Positions 13,874 through 27,012 are shown, numbered from the stretch's first letter. The stretch: 64,000 bases of DNA from Escherichia coli (GCF_003334305.1 NZ_QOWS01000011.1), one strand, 5' to 3'. Made by a program: numbers and translations. The notes: a model not told the origin generated them from the sequence alone.

Positions 13874-15280
13874 TTACTTGGAATTACTGTTGTTTTCGAA
13901 CTGCTGCGTTAAGTAGCTGCTGGTGCTGTTTAACGAGGTCATTAAAACGTCCAGTTGGGTAAATTGTTCTTTGTAGCGAGCGACCTGCGCATCAATGCGA
14001 TCGCTGGCGGCGTTGTAGTCTTTAGTTAACTTATTCAGGGTCTTACTAACGCCATCGGTAGCGGCTTTAATAATGCCCGTTGTCGAAAGCCAACTGGTCA
14101 GGTTGCTGCCGATGGTGGTTGTGATGCCGGTTTTTTTACCATCGCCAACAATCAATGCACCTACGCCGCTGGCATCTTTTTTCAGTGCAGCGGTGAGTTT
14201 GTCGGCATCCAGTTCCAGTTTGCCATCGCTGGGATCGGTCGTGATACCAATCTGCGCCAGCGTTTTATAGTTGGAAGAACTGACGGTATTACTCAGCATC
14301 GATTTCAACTGCGTCTGAATCGTCCGCAGCGTGGAGTCGCCGAGCAGTGCGCCATTGCTTGAACTCTGGCTATCAGCTCCCGCATCTACGGCGGTGTATT
14401 TGGTCAGGCTGCTGAAGGTATCTATTAGCGAGTTATAGGCATTCACCCAGTCTTTAATCGCCGTTTGCGCTTTGGAGGTGTCCTGAGTGATGGTTAGCGT
14501 CTGGTTGCCCGTGGTGACATCGTTCAGGTTCAGGGTGATGTTTTCCAGCGCGTCGCTGATGGTGTTGCTGCTGTTCTCAATGGCGACGTTGTTGACCGTC
14601 AGCTGCGCATTCTGGGCGGCGACCGAGACCTCCATACCGTTGCTACTGGCACTGGCGTCATAGCCCATAAAACTTTGTAGCGCATCATCACCGCTGACCG
14701 AGAGTGTCATCGCATTATCAAGGCCGGTGTCATTTGATGTGACTGACAGACGATATTCACCGTTACCCACGTTAATGATGCTCGCACTTACGCCCGCTTT
14801 TGCGTTGTTGATGGCATCACGGATCCCGCTTAACGACGAGTTAGCCGCGCTGATATCAATGGTAATCGGATCTTTGTCGCCGCCTTGTTGAATGGTGAGT
14901 TTGCTGTCGCTGGTGGCGATCGCCGTTTTCGTATCGTCTCTGGTGGTGCGCGTGGTCAGGGTTTGCGCCTGCGCCAGATGGGTGACGCTGATGGTGTATT
15001 TCCCGGCGATGGCGTTACCCGCGGTGGTGGCACTGAACGCGGTGGTGCTGCTGGTGGTGCTGGTGGCGGAAAAAAGATCGGCTTTAGACAATGCAGTATT
15101 GGCGGTCTGGAAAGTCGTCAGCGCGCTTTTCAGCGTACCGTAGGCGCTAAGTTTAGCGGTAAACGACGATTGCTGATTTGAAATAGGGGTTAGCGTCGCT
15201 TTTTGCGCGGCGGTGAGGCTATCAAGGATTGAACTTAAATCCAGGCCTGACCCGACTCCCAGCGATGAAATACTTGCCAT
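13874..15280 (-). CDS. fliD: flagellar filament capping protein FliD (468 aa)
   Basis: ORF translation MASISSLGVGSGLDLSSILDSLTAAQKATLTPI... Confidence 0.9.
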   Translation of the reverse strand: MASISSLGVGSGLDLSSILDSLTAAQKATLTPISNQQSSFTAKLSAYGTLKSALTTFQTANTALSKADLFSATSTTSSTTAFSATTAGNAIAGKYTISVTHLAQAQTLTTRTTRDDTKTAIATSDSKLTIQQGGDKDPITIDISAANSSLSGIRDAINNAKAGVSASIINVGNGEYRLSVTSNDTGLDNAMTLSVSGDDALQSFMGYDASASSNGMEVSVAAQNAQLTVNNVAIENSSNTISDALENITLNLNDVTTGNQTLTITQDTSKAQTAIKDWVNAYNSLIDTFSSLTKYTAVDAGADSQSSSNGALLGDSTLRTIQTQLKSMLSNTVSSSNYKTLAQIGITTDPSDGKLELDADKLTAALKKDASGVGALIVGDGKKTGITTTIGSNLTSWLSTTGIIKAATDGVSKTLNKLTKDYNAASDRIDAQVARYKEQFTQLDVLMTSLNSTSSYLTQQFENNSNSK

Positions 15281-15323
15281 GCGATTTCCTTTTATCTTTC
15301 GACACGTAAAACGAATACCGGGG

Positions 15324-15350
15324 TTATCGGCCTGAATTGCGCAAAGTTTA
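15324..15350 (-). promoter_or_regulatory. sigma28 (FliA) class 3 promoter of fliDST
   Basis: Minus-strand reading TAAACTTT-N11-GCCGATAA, a near-perfect match to the TAAAGTTT-N11-GCCGATAA consensus. Confidence 0.75.
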
Positions 15351-15442
15351 CGTTTAATTGTTTTTTTTAATAGCGGGAATAAGGGGCAGAGAAAAGAGTA
15401 TTTCGGCGACTAACAAAAAATGGCTGTTTGTGAAAAAAATTC

Positions 15443-15469
15443 TAAAGGTTGTTTTACGACAGACGATAA
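15443..15469 (+). promoter_or_regulatory. sigma28 (FliA) class 3 promoter of fliC
   Basis: TAAAGGTT-N11-GACGATAA about 75 nt upstream of the fliC ATG. Confidence 0.8.
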
Positions 15470-15545
15470 CAGGGTTGACGGCGATTGAGCCGACGGGTGG
15501 AAACCCAATACGTAATCAACGACTTGCAATATAGGATAACGAATC

Positions 15546-17252
15546 ATGGCACAAGTCATTAATACCAACAGCCTCTCGCTGATCACTCAAAATAATATCA
15601 ACAAGAACCAGTCTGCGCTGTCGAGTTCTATCGAGCGTCTGTCTTCTGGCTTGCGTATTAACAGCGCGAAGGATGACGCCGCAGGTCAGGCGATTGCTAA
15701 CCGTTTTACTTCTAATATTAAAGGCCTGACTCAGGCTGCACGTAACGCCAACGACGGTATCTCCGTTGCGCAGACCACTGAAGGCGCGCTGTCCGAAATC
15801 AACAACAACTTACAGCGTATTCGTGAACTGACGGTTCAGGCTTCTACCGGGACTAACTCCGATTCAGATCTGGACTCCATTCAGGACGAAATCAAATCCC
15901 GTCTCGACGAAATTGACCGCGTATCCGGTCAGACCCAGTTCAACGGCGTGAACGTACTGGCGAAAGACGGTTCGATGAAAATTCAGGTTGGTGCGAATGA
16001 CGGCCAGACTATCACTATTGATCTGAAGAAAATTGACTCTGATACGCTGGGGCTGAATGGGTTTAACGTTAACGGCAAAGGTACTATTGCGAACAAAGCT
16101 GCTACAGTCAGCGATCTGACCGCTGCTGGTGCAACGGGAACAGGTCCTTATGCTGTGACCACAAACAATACAGCTCTCAGCGCTAGCGATGCACTGTCTC
16201 GCCTGAAAACCGGAGATACAGTTACTACTACTGGCTCGAGTGCTGCGACCTATACTTATGATGCGGCTAAAGGGAACTTCACCACTCAAGCAACAGTTGC
16301 AGATGGTGATGTTGTTAACTTTGCAAATACTCTGAAACCAGCGGCTGGCACTACTGCATCAGGTGTTTATACTCGTAGTACTGGTGATGTGAAGTTTGAT
16401 GTAGATGCTAATGGCGATGTGACCATCGGTGGTAAAGCCGCGTACCTGGACGCCACTGGTAACCTATCTACAAACAACGCCGGCATTGCATCTTCAGCGA
16501 AATTGTCCGATCTGTTTGCTAGCGGTAGTACTTTAGCGACAACTGGTTCTATCCAGCTGTCTGGCACAACTTATAACTTTGGTGCTGCGGCAACTTCTGG
16601 CGTAACCTACACCAAAACGGTAAGTGCTGATACTGTTCTGAGCACAGTACAGAGTGCTGCAACGGCTAACACAGCAGTTACTGGTGCGACAATTAAGTAT
16701 AATACAGGTATTCAGTCTGCAACTGCGTCTTTCGGTGGTGCGAATACTAATGGTGCTGGTAATTCGAATGACACCTATACTGATGCAGACAAAGAGCTCA
16801 CCACAACCGCATCTTACACTATCAACTACAACGTCGATAAGGATACCGGTACAGTAACTGTAGCTTCAAATGGCGCAGGTGCAACTGGTAAATTTGCAGC
16901 TACTGTTGGGGCACAGGCTTATGTTAACTCTACAGGTAAACTGACCACTGAAACCACCAGTGCAGGCACTGCAACCCAAGATCCTCTGGCTGCCCTGGAC
17001 GACGCTATCAGCTCCATCGACAAATTCCGTTCATCCCTGGGTGCTATCCAGAACCGTCTGGATTCTGCGGTGACTAACCTGAACAACACCACTACCAACC
17101 TGTCTGAAGCGCAGTCCCGTATTCAGGACGCTGACTATGCGACCGAAGTGTCCAACATGTCGAAAGCGCAGATTATCCAGCAGGCCGGTAACTCCGTGCT
17201 GGCAAAAGCCAACCAGGTACCGCAGCAGGTTCTGTCTCTGCTGCAGGGATAA
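15546..17252 (+). CDS. fliC: flagellin FliC (568 aa) with conserved termini and a long central variable (H-antigen) domain
   Basis: N-terminus [54 protein letters not shown] and C-terminus ...[66 protein letters not shown]; central Thr/Ala/Gly-rich region. Confidence 0.95.
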   Translation: MAQVINTNSLSLITQNNINKNQSALSSSIERLSSGLRINSAKDDAAGQAIANRFTSNIKGLTQAARNANDGISVAQTTEGALSEINNNLQRIRELTVQASTGTNSDSDLDSIQDEIKSRLDEIDRVSGQTQFNGVNVLAKDGSMKIQVGANDGQTITIDLKKIDSDTLGLNGFNVNGKGTIANKAATVSDLTAAGATGTGPYAVTTNNTALSASDALSRLKTGDTVTTTGSSAATYTYDAAKGNFTTQATVADGDVVNFANTLKPAAGTTASGVYTRSTGDVKFDVDANGDVTIGGKAAYLDATGNLSTNNAGIASSAKLSDLFASGSTLATTGSIQLSGTTYNFGAAATSGVTYTKTVSADTVLSTVQSAATANTAVTGATIKYNTGIQSATASFGGANTNGAGNSNDTYTDADKELTTTASYTINYNVDKDTGTVTVASNGAGATGKFAATVGAQAYVNSTGKLTTETTSAGTATQDPLAALDDAISSIDKFRSSLGAIQNRLDSAVTNLNNTTTNLSEAQSRIQDADYATEVSNMSKAQIIQQAGNSVLAKANQVPQQVLSLLQG

Positions 17253-17269
17253 TCGCCTGATTACGCGCA

Positions 17270-17294
17270 AACCCCGCTCCGGCGGGGTTTTTTA
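17270..17294 (+). terminator. rho-independent terminator after fliC
   Basis: Stem CCCCGC / GCGGGG with loop TCCG, followed by a T6 run. Confidence 0.75.
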
Positions 17295-17381
17295 CAATCG
17301 GCTTTTTGCGTAACCCCCAAATAACCCCTCATTTCACCCACTAATCGTCCGATTAAAAACCCTGCAGAAACGGATAATCAT

Positions 17382-17389
17382 GCCGATAA
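17382..17389 (+). promoter_or_regulatory. GCCGATAA (sigma28 -10-like) element upstream of fliA
   Basis: Exact GCCGATAA 26 nt upstream of the fliA GTG start; -35 not convincing, so weak. Confidence 0.35.
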
Positions 17390-17414
17390 CTCATATAACG
17401 CAGGGCTGTTTATC

Positions 17415-18134
17415 GTGAATTCACTCTATACCGCTGAAGGTGTAATGGATAAACACTCGCTGTGGCAGCGTTATGTCCCGCTGGTGCGTCACGAAGCATT
17501 GCGCCTGCAGGTTCGACTGCCCGCGAGCGTGGAACTTGACGATCTGCTACAGGCGGGCGGCATTGGGTTACTTAATGCCGTCGAACGCTATGACGCCCTA
17601 CAAGGAACGGCATTTACAACTTACGCAGTGCAGCGTATCCGTGGCGCTATGCTGGATGAACTTCGCAGCCGTGACTGGGTGCCGCGCAGCGTGCGACGCA
17701 ACGCGCGTGAAGTGGCACAGGCAATAGGGCAACTGGAGCAGGAACTTGGCCGCAACGCCACGGAAACTGAGGTAGCGGAACGTTTAGGGATCGATATTGC
17801 CGATTATCGCCAAATGTTGCTCGACACCAATAACAGCCAGCTCTTCTCCTACGATGAGTGGCGCGAAGAGCACGGCGATAGCATTGAACTGGTTACTGAT
17901 GATCATCAGCGAGAAAACCCGCTACAACAACTGCTGGACAGTAATCTGCGCCAGCGGGTGATGGAAGCTATCGAAACGTTGCCGGAGCGCGAAAAACTGG
18001 TATTAACCCTCTATTACCAGGAAGAGCTGAATCTCAAAGAGATTGGTGCAGTGCTGGAGGTCGGGGAATCGCGGGTCAGTCAGTTACACAGCCAGGCCAT
18101 TAAACGGTTACGCACTAAACTGGGTAAGTTATAA
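17415..18134 (+). CDS. fliA: flagellar sigma factor sigma28 FliA (239 aa, GTG start)
   Basis: ORF translation MNSLYTAEGVMDKHSLWQRYVPLVRHEALRL... with sigma70-family regions 2 and 4. Confidence 0.9.
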   Translation: MNSLYTAEGVMDKHSLWQRYVPLVRHEALRLQVRLPASVELDDLLQAGGIGLLNAVERYDALQGTAFTTYAVQRIRGAMLDELRSRDWVPRSVRRNAREVAQAIGQLEQELGRNATETEVAERLGIDIADYRQMLLDTNNSQLFSYDEWREEHGDSIELVTDDHQRENPLQQLLDSNLRQRVMEAIETLPEREKLVLTLYYQEELNLKEIGAVLEVGESRVSQLHSQAIKRLRTKLGKL

Positions 18135-18179
18135 CGTCAGTAAATGCCGCACTTTAATTTTGACTACCAGGAGTTCTTA

Positions 18180-18731
18180 ATGATGGTGCAGCACCTGAAA
18201 AGACGGCCATTAAGCCGCTATCTTAAAGACTTTAAACACAGCCAGACCCATTGCGCGCATTGCCGTAAATTACTCGATCGCATTACCCTCGTTCGCGACG
18301 GCAAAATAGTGAATAAAATAGAGATTTCCCGCCTGGACACGCTGCTTGATGAAAATGGCTGGCAAGTGGAACAACAATCATGGGCGGCATTGTGCCGATT
18401 TTGCGGTGATTTACATTGCAAAACGCAGAGTGATTTTTTCGATATTATCGGCTTTAAGCAATTTCTTTTTGAGCAAACTGAAATGAGCCCTGGTACGGTG
18501 CGTGAATATGTCGTTCGTCTGCGCCGTTTGGGGAATCATCTACACGAGCAAAATATTTCCCTCGATCAACTGCAGGACGGTTTTCTTGATGAAATCCTCG
18601 CCCCGTGGCTGCCCTCCACCAGCACCAACAATTACCGCATCGCGTTACGGAAGTATCAACACTATCAGCGTCAAACGTGTACCGGACTTGTGCAGAAATC
18701 CTCCAGCCTGCCTGCTTCTGATATATATTAA
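18180..18731 (+). CDS. fliZ: regulator FliZ (183 aa from ATG at 18180; longest ORF starts 18144)
   Basis: Translation MMVQHLKRRPLSRYLKDFKHSQTHCAHCRKLL...; follows fliA in fliAZ. Confidence 0.85.
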   Translation: MMVQHLKRRPLSRYLKDFKHSQTHCAHCRKLLDRITLVRDGKIVNKIEISRLDTLLDENGWQVEQQSWAALCRFCGDLHCKTQSDFFDIIGFKQFLFEQTEMSPGTVREYVVRLRRLGNHLHEQNISLDQLQDGFLDEILAPWLPSTSTNNYRIALRKYQHYQRQTCTGLVQKSSSLPASDIY

Positions 18732-18818
18732 ATAAGAATAAGATGTAGCGGAGTTGTTTTTGTGTTTACAAACAATGGCTCTACACTGCAAACAGACATA
18801 ACAACATTCGGGGTGAAT

Positions 18819-20710
<1,892 letters not shown>

Positions 20711-20724
20711 CTCCGGAAATGCTC

Positions 20725-21393
20725 ATGCAAGAAAGTATACAACTGGTTATTGATTCCTTGCCGTTCCTGCTGAAAGGGGCTGGGTATACGCTGCAACTCA
20801 GTATCGGCGGCATGTTTTTTGGCTTACTGCTAGGGTTTATTCTCGCGCTGATGCGCCTTTCGCCAATCTGGCCCGTGCGCTGGCTGGCGCGTTTTTATAT
20901 CTCTATTTTTCGTGGTACGCCACTCATCGCACAACTGTTTATGATCTATTACGGCTTGCCGCAGTTTGGCATCGAACTAGATCCCATTCCGTCAGCAATG
21001 ATTGGTCTGTCGCTAAACACTGCCGCCTATGCTGCCGAAACGCTGCGTGCCGCCATTTCTTCTATTGATAAAGGTCAGTGGGAAGCTGCTGCCAGTATTG
21101 GTATGACGCCGTGGCAGACCATGCGTCGCGCGATTTTGCCACAGGCGGCGCGGGTGGCGTTGCCGCCGCTGTCGAACAGCTTTATCAGCCTGGTAAAAGA
21201 TACGTCGCTGGCCGCGACAATCCAGGTACCGGAGCTGTTCCGTCAGGCGCAGTTGATTACCTCGCGTACGCTGGAGGTGTTCACCATGTATCTGGCGGCT
21301 TCGCTCATCTACTGGATCATGGCGACAGTGTTATCGACGTTGCAGAACCATTTTGAGAATCAACTTAATCGCCAGGAGAGAGAACCAAAATGA
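20725..21393 (+). CDS. tcyL: cystine ABC transporter permease TcyL (222 aa)
   Basis: Polar-amino-acid ABC permease with EAA-like loop; overlaps tcyN start. Confidence 0.85.
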   Translation: MQESIQLVIDSLPFLLKGAGYTLQLSIGGMFFGLLLGFILALMRLSPIWPVRWLARFYISIFRGTPLIAQLFMIYYGLPQFGIELDPIPSAMIGLSLNTAAYAAETLRAAISSIDKGQWEAAASIGMTPWQTMRRAILPQAARVALPPLSNSFISLVKDTSLAATIQVPELFRQAQLITSRTLEVFTMYLAASLIYWIMATVLSTLQNHFENQLNRQEREPK

Positions 21394-22142
21394 GTGCCAT
21401 TGAAGTTAAGAACCTGGTGAAAAAATTCCACGGTCAGACGGTGCTGCACGGTATCGACCTTGAGGTGAAGCCTGGCGAAGTAGTGGCAATTATCGGTCCG
21501 AGTGGTTCCGGCAAAACCACGTTGCTACGCAGCATAAATCTGCTGGAACAACCGGAAGCGGGAACCATCACCGTTGGCGATATCACTATTGATACTGCAC
21601 GTTCATTAAGTCAGCAAAAATCGCTGATTCGCCAGTTGCGTCAGCACGTCGGGTTTGTCTTCCAGAACTTTAATCTGTTTCCGCATCGTACGGTGCTGGA
21701 AAACATTATTGAAGGGCCGGTGATCGTCAAAGGCGAACCGAAAGAAGAGGCCACGGCGCGCGCTCGCGAGCTGCTGGCGAAAGTTGGGCTGGCCGGTAAA
21801 GAAACCAGTTATCCACGTCGTTTGTCTGGCGGTCAACAGCAGCGCGTTGCGATTGCGCGTGCTCTGGCAATGCGTCCTGAAGTGATTTTGTTTGATGAGC
21901 CAACGTCGGCGCTGGATCCAGAGCTGGTGGGCGAAGTCCTGAACACCATTCGTCAGCTGGCGCAGGAAAAGCGCACGATGGTGATTGTGACGCACGAAAT
22001 GAGCTTTGCCCGGGATGTTGCGGACCGGGCGATTTTTATGGACCAGGGGCGGATAGTCGAGCAGGGGGTAGCAAAAGCGTTATTTGCCGATCCTCAGCAG
22101 CCTCGCACCCGCCAGTTCCTCGAGAAGTTTCTGCTGCAATAA
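21390..22142 (+). CDS. tcyN: cystine ABC transporter ATP-binding protein TcyN (250 aa)
   Basis: Walker A GPSGSGKTT, ABC signature LSGGQQQR, Walker B ILFDEPTSALD. Confidence 0.9.
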   Translation: MSAIEVKNLVKKFHGQTVLHGIDLEVKPGEVVAIIGPSGSGKTTLLRSINLLEQPEAGTITVGDITIDTARSLSQQKSLIRQLRQHVGFVFQNFNLFPHRTVLENIIEGPVIVKGEPKEEATARARELLAKVGLAGKETSYPRRLSGGQQQRVAIARALAMRPEVILFDEPTSALDPELVGEVLNTIRQLAQEKRTMVIVTHEMSFARDVADRAIFMDQGRIVEQGVAKALFADPQQPRTRQFLEKFLLQ

Positions 22143-22371
22143 TAAGAAAAAATCAGCCCCGACGATTCACCAGTCGGGGCGGTGCGCCACTTCAAACGTG
22201 ATAAAACTGCTTAACAAATCAGCATAACTCATTAATAACATAAGAGAATGCGATGGCTTGCAAAAGTAATTCATTGCCTGAATAATATAAATTATATATA
22301 AATCTTATTTATGTGATAGTTTGAATTATCATTATAAATGATACTCACTCTCAGGGGCGTTGCGGTTTACT

Positions 22372-23094
22372 ATGCAGGATACGGATTTTTTCAGCTGGCT
22401 TCGCACGATGCTGTTGCGTTTTCAGAGGATGGAGGCCGCAGAAGAGGTCTACCATGAAATAGAGCTTCAGGCTCAGCAGCTGGAGTACGATTACTATTCG
22501 TTATGTGTTCGCCACCCGGTACCATTCACGCGACCTAAAGTGGCTTTCTACACCAATTACCCTGAGTCGTGGGTTAGTTATTATCAGGCAAAAAATTTTC
22601 TCGCAATTGATCCTGTGCTGAACCCTGAAAACTTTAGTCAGGGCCATTTAATGTGGAATGATGACTTATTCAGCGAAGCACAGCCGTTATGGGAAGCTGC
22701 GCGCGCACATGGTTTACGCCGCGGTGTCACTCAGTATTTAATGCTGCCAAATCGGGCGCTGGGCTTTTTGTCCTTTTCCCGTTGCAGCACGCGCGAAATA
22801 CCCATTCTTAGTGATGAACTGCAATTAAAAATGCAGTTACTGGTGCGCGAAAGTCTGATGGCTCTAATGCGTTTAAATGATGAAATAGTGATGACGCCAG
22901 AGATGAATTTCAGCAAGCGCGAAAAAGAAATTTTGAAATGGACGGCGGAAGGGAAGACATCAGCAGAGATAGCGATGATTTTGTCAATCTCTGAGAATAC
23001 GGTCAATTTCCATCAGAAAAACATGCAGAAAAAAATCAATGCACCGAATAAGACCCAGGTGGCCTGTTACGCGGCCGCTACTGGCTTAATTTGA
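22372..23094 (+). CDS. sdiA: LuxR-family quorum-sensing regulator SdiA (240 aa)
   Basis: Translation MQDTDFFSWLRTMLLRF... with autoinducer-binding domain and C-terminal LuxR HTH. Confidence 0.9.
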   Translation: MQDTDFFSWLRTMLLRFQRMEAAEEVYHEIELQAQQLEYDYYSLCVRHPVPFTRPKVAFYTNYPESWVSYYQAKNFLAIDPVLNPENFSQGHLMWNDDLFSEAQPLWEAARAHGLRRGVTQYLMLPNRALGFLSFSRCSTREIPILSDELQLKMQLLVRESLMALMRLNDEIVMTPEMNFSKREKEILKWTAEGKTSAEIAMILSISENTVNFHQKNMQKKINAPNKTQVACYAAATGLI

Positions 23095-23121
23095 TCGCTT
23101 TTCTTTCTGCGTGCCAGATGC

Positions 23122-23158
23122 AAAAACCGGCTGAAAGACACGCTCTCAGCCGGTTTTA
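23122..23158. terminator. bidirectional intrinsic terminator between convergent sdiA and yecF
   Basis: AAAACCGGCTGA ... TCAGCCGGTTTT: a 12 bp stem flanked by an A-run on one side and a T-run on the other. Confidence 0.6.
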
Positions 23159-23160
23159 TA

Positions 23161-23385
23161 TTACTGACGGTAGGCTTGTTTAATTTGCTTAACCGTTTTG
23201 GAAAATACTGCAGCCTGGGTTTCGTCTTCGATCAGCGCAAGCTGTTTTTCCATCTTTAACATCACGCGGCCCGCGTCAGCTTGTCCCATCGCCTGCAGCA
23301 TCAGCGTCAGCATCGCTTTCAGGCAGGAGACTTCATTTGCCAGTTCTTGATTATTCTCGGCAGTAGAAAAATCAGGCGTACTCAT
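23161..23385 (-). CDS. yecF: DUF2594-family protein YecF (74 aa)
   Basis: ORF translation [35 protein letters not shown]...; position between sdiA and uvrY. Confidence 0.8.
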
Positions 23386-23843
23386 TTATTTTCCTCGTCA
23401 TGTTGCAATGAAAATTTGCGGTGAAAAATGTTAAGGCGGCGGAGTATACCATAAGCTTTGCTAAAAATAGCAGTGGTTGTTTTTTGAGCGTGGTATCGGC
23501 AGTGCTATAAAATACGTTAATATAATGACCAATAAATATTTTTATCATGAATGTTTTTTGCCCGTATTGTTCGGGTTAATTAATGTTACATATTCAGCGG
23601 GATGATTTTCATTTTTGCTGAATAAAGTCAATTTTTGTCACATTTCATCGTAGGGCTTACTGTGAAACGATCCGGTAAGCCGTTGGTGACGGGCGTGACC
23701 ATAACTGTGGACAATCGAATTTACAAAAACGAGAGAAAAATCGAATACCCACCATTTTTAACGTTTCAAAGTTGCAATAAAAACCGCTAATATACGAATG
23801 ACTAACTATCAGTAGCGTTATCCCTATTTCTGGAGATATTCCT

Positions 23844-24500
23844 TTGATCAACGTTCTACTTGTTGATGACCACGAACTGGTGCGCGCAGGGATACGACGC
23901 ATTCTGGAAGATATAAAGGGTATAAAAGTCGTCGGTGAGGCATCGTGCGGTGAAGACGCCGTTAAGTGGTGCCGGGCAAATGCCGTTGACGTGGTGCTAA
24001 TGGACATGAGTATGCCGGGCATTGGCGGTCTTGAGGCGACGCGTAAAATCGCGCGTTCCACAGCTGATGTCAAAATCATCATGCTTACTGTCCATACAGA
24101 AAACCCTTTACCAGCGAAAGTCATGCAGGCCGGTGCTGCGGGCTACCTCAGCAAAGGCGCGGCTCCGCAGGAAGTCGTGAGTGCGATCCGTTCTGTCTAT
24201 TCAGGGCAGCGTTACATTGCTTCTGACATCGCTCAACAAATGGCGTTAAGCCAGATCGAACCAGAAAAAACAGAAAGCCCATTTGCCAGTTTGTCTGAAC
24301 GTGAATTGCAGATTATGCTGATGATCACCAAGGGCCAGAAGGTCAATGAGATCTCAGAACAGCTCAATCTCAGTCCGAAAACGGTGAACAGCTACCGCTA
24401 TCGTATGTTCAGTAAACTAAACATTCATGGCGATGTTGAGCTGACTCACCTGGCAATTCGCCATGGTCTGTGTAATGCGGAGACATTATCAAGTCAGTGA
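23844..24500 (+). CDS. uvrY: response regulator UvrY (BarA partner; 218 aa, TTG start)
   Basis: Receiver domain ([12 protein letters not shown]…) plus LuxR-type HTH; stop overlaps the uvrC start (GTGA). Confidence 0.9.
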
Positions 24501-26329
24501 GTGATCAGTTTGACGCAAAAGCGTTTTTAAAAACCGTAACCAGCCAGCCAGGCGTTTATCGCATGTACGATGCTGGTGGTACGGTTATCTATGTCGGCAA
24601 AGCGAAAGACCTGAAAAAACGGCTTTCCAGCTATTTCCGTAGCAACCTCGCTTCGCGCAAAACCGAAGCGCTGGTCGCCCAGATCCAGCAAATTGATGTA
24701 ACGGTTACTCATACAGAAACCGAAGCGCTGTTGCTGGAACACAACTACATCAAACTCTATCAGCCGCGTTACAACGTTTTGCTACGCGATGATAAATCTT
24801 ATCCTTTTATCTTCCTGAGTGGCGATACCCACCCGCGTCTGGCGATGCATCGTGGTGCGAAGCATGCCAAAGGTGAATATTTCGGCCCGTTCCCGAATGG
24901 CTATGCCGTACGTGAAACACTGGCGTTACTGCAAAAGATATTCCCCATTCGCCAGTGCGAAAATAGTGTTTATCGCAATCGCTCGCGTCCGTGTCTGCAA
25001 TATCAGATAGGGCGCTGTCTGGGGCCGTGCGTTGAAGGACTGGTGAGTGAAGAAGAATACGCTCAGCAGGTCGAGTATGTGCGCTTGTTTTTGTCTGGCA
25101 AAGATGATCAGGTGCTTACGCAACTCATTAGTCGTATGGAAACTGCAAGTCAAAATCTGGAGTTTGAAGAAGCGGCGCGGATTCGCGACCAAATTCAGGC
25201 GGTGCGACGTGTCACCGAAAAACAGTTTGTTTCCAATACCGGCGACGACCTTGACGTTATTGGAGTGGCGTTCGATGCGGGTATGGCTTGTGTCCACGTA
25301 TTGTTCATTCGTCAGGGCAAAGTGCTCGGCAGCCGCAGCTATTTCCCGAAAGTGCCTGGCGGTACGGAACTGAGCGAGGTGGTGGAAACCTTCGTAGGTC
25401 AGTTCTATTTACAAGGCAGCCAGATGCGCACCTTACCGGGTGAGATCCTGCTCGATTTTAATCTTAGCGATAAAACGCTGCTCGCTGATTCCCTTTCAGA
25501 ACTGGCGGGACGCAAGATTAATGTTCAAACCAAACCTCGTGGCGATAGAGCGCGTTATCTGAAACTCGCGCGCACCAATGCGGCGACGGCCTTAACCAGC
25601 AAACTTTCGCAGCAATCTACCGTTCACCAGCGGCTGACCGCGCTTGCCAGCGTGTTGAAATTGCCGGAAGTGAAGCGGATGGAGTGCTTTGACATCAGCC
25701 ATACCATGGGTGAACAAACCGTCGCTTCCTGTGTGGTGTTTGATGCTAACGGCCCGCTGCGTGCGGAGTATCGGCGCTATAACATTACTGGCATCACGCC
25801 GGGCGATGATTATGCGGCGATGAATCAGGTGCTGCGTCGGCGTTATGGTAAAGCCATTGACGACAGTAAGATCCCGGATGTGATCCTTATCGACGGCGGC
25901 AAAGGCCAGCTTGCGCAGGCGAAAAATGTCTTCGCCGAACTGGATGTCTCATGGGATAAAAATCATCCGCTGCTACTTGGCGTTGCCAAAGGAGCAGATA
26001 GGAAGGCTGGGCTGGAAACGCTGTTCTTTGAGCCGGAAGGTGAGGGATTCAGTTTGCCGCCAGATTCTCCCGCGCTGCATGTTATCCAGCATATTCGTGA
26101 TGAATCTCACGATCACGCGATTGGTGGGCACCGTAAGAAACGGGCGAAGGTCAAAAATACCAGTTCCCTGGAAACCATTGAAGGCGTCGGGCCAAAACGT
26201 CGGCAAATGTTGTTGAAATATATGGGCGGTTTGCAAGGTTTACGTAACGCCAGCGTTGAGGAAATTGCAAAAGTGCCGGGTATTTCGCAAGGTCTGGCAG
26301 AAAAGATCTTCTGGTCGTTGAAACATTGA
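24497..26329 (+). CDS. uvrC: excinuclease ABC subunit C UvrC (610 aa, GTG start)
   Basis: GIY-YIG N-terminal domain (…[24 protein letters not shown]…) and C-terminal helix-hairpin-helix. Confidence 0.95.
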
Positions 26330-26385
26330 TGTCTCTGTAGCAACATAGGGGTAATCTTACTGACAACAGATAGTTACCCGTCATT

Positions 26386-26934
26386 ATGCAATTTAATATC
26401 CCTACGTTGCTTACACTGTTCCGTGTCATCCTTATCCCATTCTTTGTATTGGTCTTTTATCTGCCTGTCACCTGGTCGCCGTTTGCCGCCGCGCTCATTT
26501 TCTGCGTCGCGGCGGTGACTGACTGGTTCGATGGTTTTCTGGCACGCCGCTGGAACCAGAGTACCCGGTTTGGTGCTTTCCTTGACCCTGTCGCAGATAA
26601 AGTTCTCGTGGCTATCGCCATGGTGCTGGTAACCGAGCATTATCACAGCTGGTGGGTGACCTTACCGGCGGCAACGATGATCGCCCGTGAAATTATTATT
26701 TCTGCGCTACGCGAATGGATGGCGGAGTTGGGTAAACGCAGTAGCGTGGCTGTCTCCTGGATTGGGAAAGTGAAAACAACTGCCCAGATGGTGGCGTTGG
26801 CCTGGCTGCTGTGGCGTCCGAACATTTGGGTTGAGTACGCCGGTATTGCACTTTTCTTTGTGGCTGCTGTACTGACGCTGTGGTCAATGTTGCAATATTT
26901 GAGCGCTGCGCGTGCAGATTTGCTTGATCAGTGA
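26386..26934 (+). CDS. pgsA: CDP-diacylglycerol--glycerol-3-phosphate 3-phosphatidyltransferase PgsA (182 aa)
   Basis: CDP-alcohol phosphotransferase membrane protein in ORF translation. Confidence 0.9.
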
Positions 26935-26984
26935 TCGTTTCGGCGCAATTTTCAGCAAACGATCAAAAGTGGTGAAAAATATCG

Positions 26985-27012
26985 TTGACTCATCGCGCCA
27001 GGTAAGTAGAAT
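26985..27012 (+). promoter_or_regulatory. sigma70 promoter of the glyW-cysT-leuZ tRNA operon
   Basis: TTGACT - 16 nt - TAGAAT with a GC-rich discriminator, about 75 nt upstream of tRNA-Gly. Confidence 0.55.

Noticed and set aside
15281-15545. Possible mobile element or phase-variation switch between fliD and fliC
   Set aside because: No inverted repeats or recombinase gene; the interval is fully explained by two divergent sigma28 promoters.
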